Shown piece by piece: positions 55,602 through 64,000 of a DNA stretch of 64,000 nt; position 1 is the first letter of the stretch, and the number at the start of each line of letters is the position of its first letter. A program made the position numbers and the translations under genes. The notes beneath the pieces were generated by a model that searched no databases, had not been told where the DNA came from, and saw only the letters and a program-made list of their open reading frames with translations. Source of the stretch: Eledone cirrhosa (taxonomy: Eukaryota). The stretch spans positions 44,144,001-44,208,000 of the forward strand of contig OZ024741.1 of assembly GCA_964016885.1 (NCBI GenBank). Reading direction: 5' to 3'.

Positions 55602-56247
55602 ATAGTAAAGCATGTCCAGATAATTGTTTGATAATATATATACATCACTTCTACTCCCAATCAGCATAATTAACCAACATTTCAACAGCACGTGGAAATT
55701 AATTAAATATACGGTCAACCATACATAATTAGGTAAACATTAAAGTTATAAATGCTTATATACATACCAGGATTAAATCACTAAATCCCGACCCATGGGA
55801 TTTGCTCACATCTTGAGATATCTTATTATGGATAAATTTCGAGTTTAGATCTCTTCAGGGGACAAACTAGCTAGGACAGATCATTTTCGGAAGTGGCCCC
55901 CGCCAAACACGAATTCAAAATAGTTGAGAACTGTGACGTGGCAGAGGTCAAGTCAGGAAGGGTGTGATTGGTTGCTTACGGCGAGTGGGTTGCTGCTAGA
56001 AAGCGCAGCCCAATATCGCCCAAACTGTATCTCAACCTTATGGGAGATAATTAAATATAAATATTTACACATACATCAATTAAAGAAAGTCACAAGTATA
56101 TATGTGTTTTGGCAACTATTCAAGATGTGGCAAAATGAAGAATTAATAAATTAAATAATCAGAGCAAAATACTATAGAGTAAAGCATGTCCAGAGAATTA
56201 TTTGATAATATATATACATCACTTCTACTCCCAATCAGCATAATTAA
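55602..56247. repeat. ~70-bp direct repeats bounding a ~645-bp unit in (TA)n
   Basis: AGTAAAGCATGTCCAGA...CAGCATAATTAA at ~55604-55673 and ~56178-56247; degenerate CTGAAGA..GAAA on minus near 55835-55860. Confidence 0.7.
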
Positions 56248-56271
56248 TATATATATATTAATATATATATA

Positions 56272-56390
<119 letters not shown>

Positions 56391-56419
56391 CAGTAAATAT
56401 ATATACATATATATATATG

Positions 56420-56451
<32 letters not shown>

Positions 56452-56510
56452 CATGTATATATGCATATATATACATATACACATACATACATATATGTAC
56501 ATATACACAT

Positions 56511-56564
<54 letters not shown>

Positions 56565-56718
56565 GAAAATAGAGAAATTAATGTGAGCAAGAAACCAACA
56601 GTAATTCATACATACATAAGTGACTATTACGTCAAGATGGAAAATATTTAACGTAAGATATGGGAAAATATTTCAATCTCAATTCAAACAACAATTATAC
56701 CAATGTACCGGTATACAT

Positions 56719-56803
<85 letters not shown>

Positions 56804-56859
56804 TATTTCGTTTTTGAATTTGTTTAACAAGATTCTTTATCTGAAAACGTGTGTTCTGC

Positions 56860-57272
56860 TTTGGGAGGGTCATGTTGCCAATAAGAAACATAGGCTCCAG
56901 TTGTTTCACTTTAATTTATTATGAATTAAATTCATAAATTTAGGAATTTATAAATTTCCGGCTGGTTGGTTGGTTCCACAACCTGACGATTGTTCAAATA
57001 CTGTCAAAGTTCTTTCGTCACACATTCTGTGAACTCTTCAGTGACTGGGGATTCTATTCTTTGTTTTTGTGCCTCTCCTTTGTTCTGTCCTACCCCATCT
57101 TGTTTTGTGTGGGCTTAGTTTGCGCATGTGTTTCATCCGGGTGTCTGTGTGTGTTTATATTTTTTTTATTTATTTGTTCATTTACATGTTACTGGTTGGT
57201 TGTTTGTTCTATGTGCGTGTGTGTTTTCATTTTTTCCTTCATTGTAAGTTGTGATGTTGCTATTCCATTCAT
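56860..57272 (-). mobile_element. Second copy of the 39393 PLE-type end with hammerhead (57003-57045)
   Basis: High similarity to 39393-39812; identical HHR. Confidence 0.75.
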
Positions 57273-58012
57273 GTTTTCTATTTAATTTTGGTTGGAGTTC
57301 ATTTATGTTTATTGCCTCAGTGATTTGTCTAAACATTGCGTCTTTTCTGTGTGTAGATTCTATTTTTATTTCTATGTTCTATTTTAGCATGTTGGTGGAA
57401 TACACATGATTCTTCATATATATATATATATGTCTTCTTGTGTACAACCTTGAAATGTCTAACATTAAAAGAAACCTCTTATAGACGGGTCATGAGAATG
57501 TTAACATCAAGCCTTTGTTATTCATTATCATTTGAATGAACTTGAGCAACTTGCAATTAAACTTCAATGTGAAGATTTTAAACGGGCTGTTCATCCGAGA
57601 ATGTAACCCATTTTCTAAACTATATATTCCTAACAACTAGGCCTTCATATATTATAAAGAATACAAAATATTTATATCAAAAAATTCTCTGTGCATTGCC
57701 AGGTAATATGCCATAGACATTATCATTCGACAATTTATATAATGCTCTTGACAATAACAATAAACCTGAGGGCAAAGCAACTAGCATTTCTTACCCTTTT
57801 TTATTTGCAACAATTTTCGAGAAACAGTAATTGAAAAACTAAGATACACAGTAAAATACAAAACATAAAGATATCTATACAAAAGAAATGCAATATACTT
57901 TTTAAGAAGGCTGTGAAATCTTTTACTATAAACGGTCATTAAAATTAAAAACATGACCCGAGGAAATATCAATATTTCTCTCATTTTAATTTGGTGTTTA
58001 TTCATATATATG

Positions 58013-58394
<382 letters not shown>

Positions 58395-59068
58395 AGTATG
58401 CACGTCTAAATGAGCAAGTAGGTGGCATCTTATTTTATGACAATGAAAAGTACCGCTATTGTTAAATGTTATAACAGCTAAACCCAGTATATTTGACATA
58501 TATACTGTTTTTACTTAATAAAAATCAAACAATAGTCCGTCATCAGCACCAAACTGCCAAACTCAGGGGAGAAAAGAGTTAAATCTCAGTAATATAATAT
58601 AGTCAAAGGTCCATTTCCTGACGATTGACCATGGTTTTGCACCTAGAAAGTTCGATGCCGAGACACAAGCCTGGGCAAGATTGTTTGTGGAAGAGCAGCA
58701 GTCACCCATGCATACGGGTTTGCCCTGTACACGCTACCGATGTTGCTCAAAGGGAAGGCAATAGCCGATACAACTTCGTACCGGTATTGTCGCAACCTCA
58801 TTTCTACAGCTGTACCAAAATACATAAATGCATATACACACAAACACACACACACACACATATAATACATAAATGCATATACACACAAACACACACACAC
58901 ACATATATATATATATACATACATATTAGGTATTAAATTAACAATGAAAATAAAAACAACAATGTTAAGTTACATTACCTATATATATATTGTTATTGTA
59001 TTAATATTTATTAATATTTTACTCTTGATTGGCCAGAGGTGTTTTTTTCCAGGTACCTTATAAATTTG

Positions 59069-59510
59069 ACTTTCCGTATTTATTACTGTTGTGCGATATT
59101 GAGGTTTTTATTGGTTGTAACTTCTCTGTTTTTTAGCCTAGGAAAATATATATATGACTATGTATATAATTACATGCATACATTTACTTTTTTAATTTAA
59201 TTGAGTTCTTTACACGAGGAATTGATATTAGTTTTGAAATAACTAATTAACCCGCGTGTGTTTTATATTTTACTCTTAATTCGGTCGGAGATTTACATTC
59301 CCATTTGCCCTTTAAAGCATAACTTTCCGTATTTACTACGGTTACGAGATGCGGTTTCTTATTCAGGTACAACCTCTGATTTTAGCCTAAGAAAATATTT
59401 ATATGCCTGTGTAATTTATACACGCATATATTTATTTTTTAAATTTCAATTGAGTTCTTAACAAGTTGGATTGATAATGTTTTTCGAAAAAACTGATTAA
59501 AACGCGTGTA
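59069..59510. repeat. Diverged ~250-bp tandem duplication
   Basis: ACTTTCCGTATTTA..TTTTAGCCTA.GAAAATAT..AATTGAGTTCTT..CGCGTGT occurs twice (from ~59069 and ~59322). Confidence 0.6.
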
Positions 59511-60010
59511 TATTATTTTTTTTTTCCTCCTTTCGTGGATCGTAGTTGTCTCCCCTTCTCGCTTAGTGACGCTATAACACTTCCTCAGTCAAAAACTGCT
59601 GGAATTTCAAATTTCCCGGTCATTCGATGCGGGAAGGAGCAATTTAACGGACACGATTTTTAACTGGTAAGAACTGTTTTTTCTTATATCAAAGTTTAAT
59701 TGGCTTCCACTGATGATTTATAAGAGCCCACCTAAATATATTCTTACATGAATGTATATTAGGCTTCTACATAAACTGGAAATATTCTCCGAATTTGTAG
59801 AAAACTTATAATGAAACAATTGTTTGGAAAGAGAGATATATTTTAACTTTAATTATATCTAATAAAATAATACAACTGGCTTTTCCACATAATACATATT
59901 GTTAACACCCCAAACACTTAAATTGGGTTTATATTAAAATATAACCTAATGTTTGTTGAGTGAGATGGTTACCAGTCAGAGATTAGCTTTAAACTATCTC
60001 TGTTATTTTA

Positions 60011-60053
<43 letters not shown>

Positions 60054-60055
<2 letters not shown>

Positions 60056-60617
60056 AGGGTTGGACAAAATAATGGAAACACCTACCATCATAGCATCATA
60101 ATTTTGAAATATCTATAAAACCGTCAAAAGCTTGTTTATTTTTATTGTTCTCGAGGTGGTCATTAAGCTCTGCAGTAATTTTGTGAGCTGTACTTCTGTG
60201 ATCCTTTCTAACAATTCGCGTGAGAGTCCGACGGTCCCTATTGCAAAGTTTTCGTTTTCTTCCGGAGTTTTGTTTCGACGAGGAGGTTTTTTCCCTCTTT
60301 CTCAAAGGCTGTCATTACTTTTGAGACAGTACTTCTTGATACACCAAACATTTCGGCTGTTTTCGTTACGTTAGCGCCTGCCATACGAGCACTAGCATTT
60401 GACCTCTTTGAAAGTCCGATGGATCTGATATTTTAATGTATTTTAACTACCTTTTTCTGATGATATCTGAAAAGAAACAGCAATTTTAACAAACATTATT
60501 AAGCAATACTAATAAATAAAAAAACATAAAAATAAACAAGTTTTTGGCGGTTTTATAGATATTTCAAGATTCTGATGCTATGATGCTTGGTGTTTCCATT
60601 ATTTTGTCCAACCCCTG
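60054..60617 (-). mobile_element. Tc1-like DNA transposon, internally deleted
   Basis: TA|CAAGGGTTGGACAAAATAATGGAAACACC...GGTGTTTCCATTATTTTGTCCAACCCCTG|TA, TIR similarity ~88 bp. Transposase N-terminus DFQRGQ..SGRKRKL..RDRRTL.RIVRK..ITAELN only. Confidence 0.88.
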
Positions 60618-60810
60618 TATATATATATATATATATATGTTATGTGTGTGTGTGTGTTAGTATGTGTGTGCAGTGGTGAAACACTGGGAGGTTATATGAG
60701 TAGTAAGTGGAGCACTCAGTCCATAACAGGAGATCACTATGAAGTTATTTCCAAAACAAATTAGGAAACCATCCTCGAGGAAACGCGTATCACCAAACGG
60801 ATTTTCAACT

Positions 60811-60811
<1 letters not shown>

Positions 60812-60900
<89 letters not shown>

Positions 60901-60925
60901 GGAGAGAGAGAGAAATAGAGAGAGG
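60812..60925. repeat. (GA)n microsatellite
   Basis: Direct reading. Confidence 0.95.
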
Positions 60926-61488
60926 AAGACAAAGGGAGAAGCAGGAGAGTTTGATAGTCCATTTGAAAGGCTTTACTTATACGGTGAACAGAAATAAAAT
61001 CAATTTAAAAGAATATCAACCTTATGAATAACAAGTTACAAGAAAAATAGTGGGATCGAATTCTTATACGTGCTGTATCATATATCCTCATATATATGAG
61101 TCTTCGCGCCTTTAGAATAAATTACCATACCTTATTTGATTTAAATATATTATGAAATGTCTCTTGTGACATTTTTTCTGTCACGTTCTCTTCTGTGACA
61201 TTTATTAGAGATTTACCTGTGTATCAGCTTATTTAGGATTTTCCTGGAGAAATCACCTTGTAGTATGGTATATATCGCTATATATAATCCTTATTGCAAT
61301 TAAAGAATCGGATATATATATATACCACGTGATATAATCATTTCAGTATTAAGCATACGTCAAGCAAGTTGTTATTCCAGCTGTTACATCACATCACATG
61401 CATTAGCTGTTAGCCACACACAATCACACACAACCATACACACAACCATACACAAACATACATAAACACGCACAAACATATATACACA

Positions 61489-61614
<126 letters not shown>

Positions 61615-62142
61615 AAGACAGAAAATGGCGGTTACAACTCAGCTTGCCGGAAGATTGATGTGTTGCATCAAATTCGACATAGATTAGATAAACCCCAACT
61701 AATGCTGCAGTAATCTAGATACTTCTTAATGTTTAACGTTATTGCTCTGGTAATTACTCGTCTACTGTTTAGATAAAGCCATTCGAGACCACTACCAAAC
61801 CATAAATCTATGCTATAAAACTGTCTTTAACAGCAGCGTTTGTAACAATCTATTGTATTATTGCGAAAACACTGGGATTATTATAGTATGTTGGAATAAA
61901 CATGGGGGGATTGCTGACATTTACAAATATGGAAGAAAAATACATAACATATTATTTGTGGTGGTTTAAAAGTATATAAATATATGAGATATTCAGTGGG
62001 GTAAAATCATCACTGCTTTGAATAAATTTGAGTTGTAACGGATATGTTGTTGTACATTTAGGAGCAACGAATACACCAGTCAAATTATGTTATTAATGTA
62101 ATACACACAAACACACACAACAAACGTATATATATATATATA

Positions 62143-62252
62143 TGTAAAAGGTAAACAGAAATAACAACACAATCAGTACAGTATATGTAAGGAATATATT
62201 AGGTTAACGCTTGATATAGCAGAAAGAGGATCTTAACGTTTCGGACGCTAGT
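62143..62252 (-). mobile_element. Short PLE 3' end truncated inside the hammerhead stem II
   Basis: Minus strand TAGCGTCCGAAACGTTAAGATCC..CTGCTATATCAAGCGT resembles 54167-54235; abuts (TA)n. Confidence 0.55.
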
Positions 62253-62524
62253 GTGTGTCTGTGTGTCTGTGTGTGTGTAGGCGTATATGGAAGAATATAA
62301 GATATGTTTATGCATCAAGGTGTGATCATGTCACATCTACCTCAATAATAGGGTGAAACTCCCAATACTAGTATTTCAAGATCTTTATCCATCAGGAGTA
62401 ACGTTTATTCATTCAGTACTAAAGTAGATAAGGTAATAGCTTATATATATATATAGATTGTGCATTTTTGGAGATGTTTGTTTGCATATATTGCGGAATA
62501 GATGGAGGACTGTTTATTAGTAAT

Positions 62525-62702
62525 AATTGTTTCTGCTTTTAGCACAAGGCAGCAATTACCCAGTACACTACTAGTACTTTATTTTATCGACCCCGTAAGG
62601 ATGAAAGGCAAAGTTGACTTCGTAGGGTTTGAACTCATAATGGCAAGGGCCGTAACTCTATGCGTCAAATCATGGTGCCCGACCCTCTACCGATATTGGA
62701 AA
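62525..62702 (-). mobile_element. tRNA-derived SINE
   Basis: Same family as 14352. Confidence 0.8.
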
Positions 62703-62734
62703 ATACCAACAAGACAAGATTCACGATAGATATA

Positions 62735-64000
62735 CTAGCCCTGAAAAATGCACAAGCTCAAAAGAGTCACAGAATGTTATAATAAACCTTCAAAAATATT
62801 GTAATCATTATCTATTGTACATCTGTGGCATCTTTTATAAAAAAGAAACTCATAACGAACTTAAGACGACACGATAATTATTTAAGCTAATGTTCAATAT
62901 CTCATATTAGATGTTTAGTAATGTTTATACGAAATGCACTTAAACCGAATTCTATATTATATATTCACTTAAATAATTATCGTGTCGTCTTTAGTTTGTG
63001 ATGGGTCTCTTTTTTTATAAAAGGATGCCACAGAGTGTACGATAGATAAGGATTACAATATTTTTGAGCAACAACTCTAGTCCCACACTTTTGAAGGTTT
63101 ATTATAACATTCTGTGGCTCTTTTGAGCTTGCGCATTTTTAAGGTCTAGTTTAATATTTTTTTAAGGCAACGCTTGTAATAACTCGAGTTAAACATGATA
63201 TATATTAATAATAAATTATCGCTGTAATGTAATTAGATTATATAATTGTTATTTTATAAATGATCTTATAAATAATATTGTAAGGTGTATGGAAATATTT
63301 TCAGACTTTTATATATTATTATAAACAACTACAAAAAACAATCAATATTAAATAAATATATTTGACATAATAATTGTTATAGTTGAATTAATAAAAATTA
63401 AATATTTCATACAAATAGTCGAACATAATAATAAAAAATAATCTAACATAATAATTGTTCTACTTTTGGCACCAGGCCAGCAATTATCCCAGTGCATTAC
63501 TGGTACTTTATTTATCGACCCCGTAAGGATGAAAGGCAAAGTTAACCTCGGCGGGATTTGAACTCAGATCATAAAGGGAGGTAACTCTATGCTTCAAAGC
63601 ATGGCGCCCGACCCTCTACCAATACTGCCATTCCATTAACATAATAATAATAAAATAATCTAACATAAAACGAATTATTATATTATTATATTATTATATG
63701 GACAAATATACAAGTAAAAATGATACAACCAATATTATAAGCATGTGATAACGAACTGAAAAAAAATAGTTAATATAAATTTTAAAAATCATATATAAAT
63801 TAACAATATAACTTACCAAAACGAGAAAAATATTTTGATGATTAAGGACGAAATACAGGAGGAGGAATCGAGCGAAACGATAAATAAACGTGGAAACAAA
63901 ATGGCGGATGCTTTTCAGCAACAATTACTCTCGTTGGTTGATTAGCCAATAAGACGATGAAACTAGCAAATAAGACGATACATTACAAAACATGTTTGGT
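62735..64000. repeat. Dispersed fold-back repeat, copy 2
   Basis: Colinear with 16535-17622; hairpin 62735-63150. Confidence 0.8.
63456..63636 (-). mobile_element. tRNA-derived SINE with 12-bp TSD
   Basis: TSD TAACATAATAAT at 63444-63455 and 63637-63648. Confidence 0.85.

Overview
Eukaryotic, AT-rich, essentially gene-free window made of decayed mobile elements and microsatellites. The repeat repertoire looks cephalopod (octopus-like); this is an inference, not a database result. No intact host CDS is supported. Bases 1-12.7 kb are one (ATT)n/(TAA)n microsatellite 'nest'. It holds two near-full-length L1/Tx1-like LINEs on + (near-identical ORF2 and 3'UTR, divergent 5'UTR/ORF1) interleaved with 5'-truncated R4/Dong-like fragments on -. 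Bases 19-57 kb are dominated by Penelope-like elements (PLEs; RT + GIY-YIG, mostly Naiad-like) inserted in (TA)n. Most are fold-back structures flanked by inverted copies of their own 3' end, from 116 bp to ~5.7 kb, and carry about 17 hammerhead-ribozyme (HHR) motifs. Intact HHR cores are mostly on the - strand, while most + strand twins are damaged. Also present: tRNA-derived SINEs with clear TSDs, RTE fragments, non-autonomous Helitrons, an internally deleted Tc1 element and a hAT remnant. All coordinates were read by eye.
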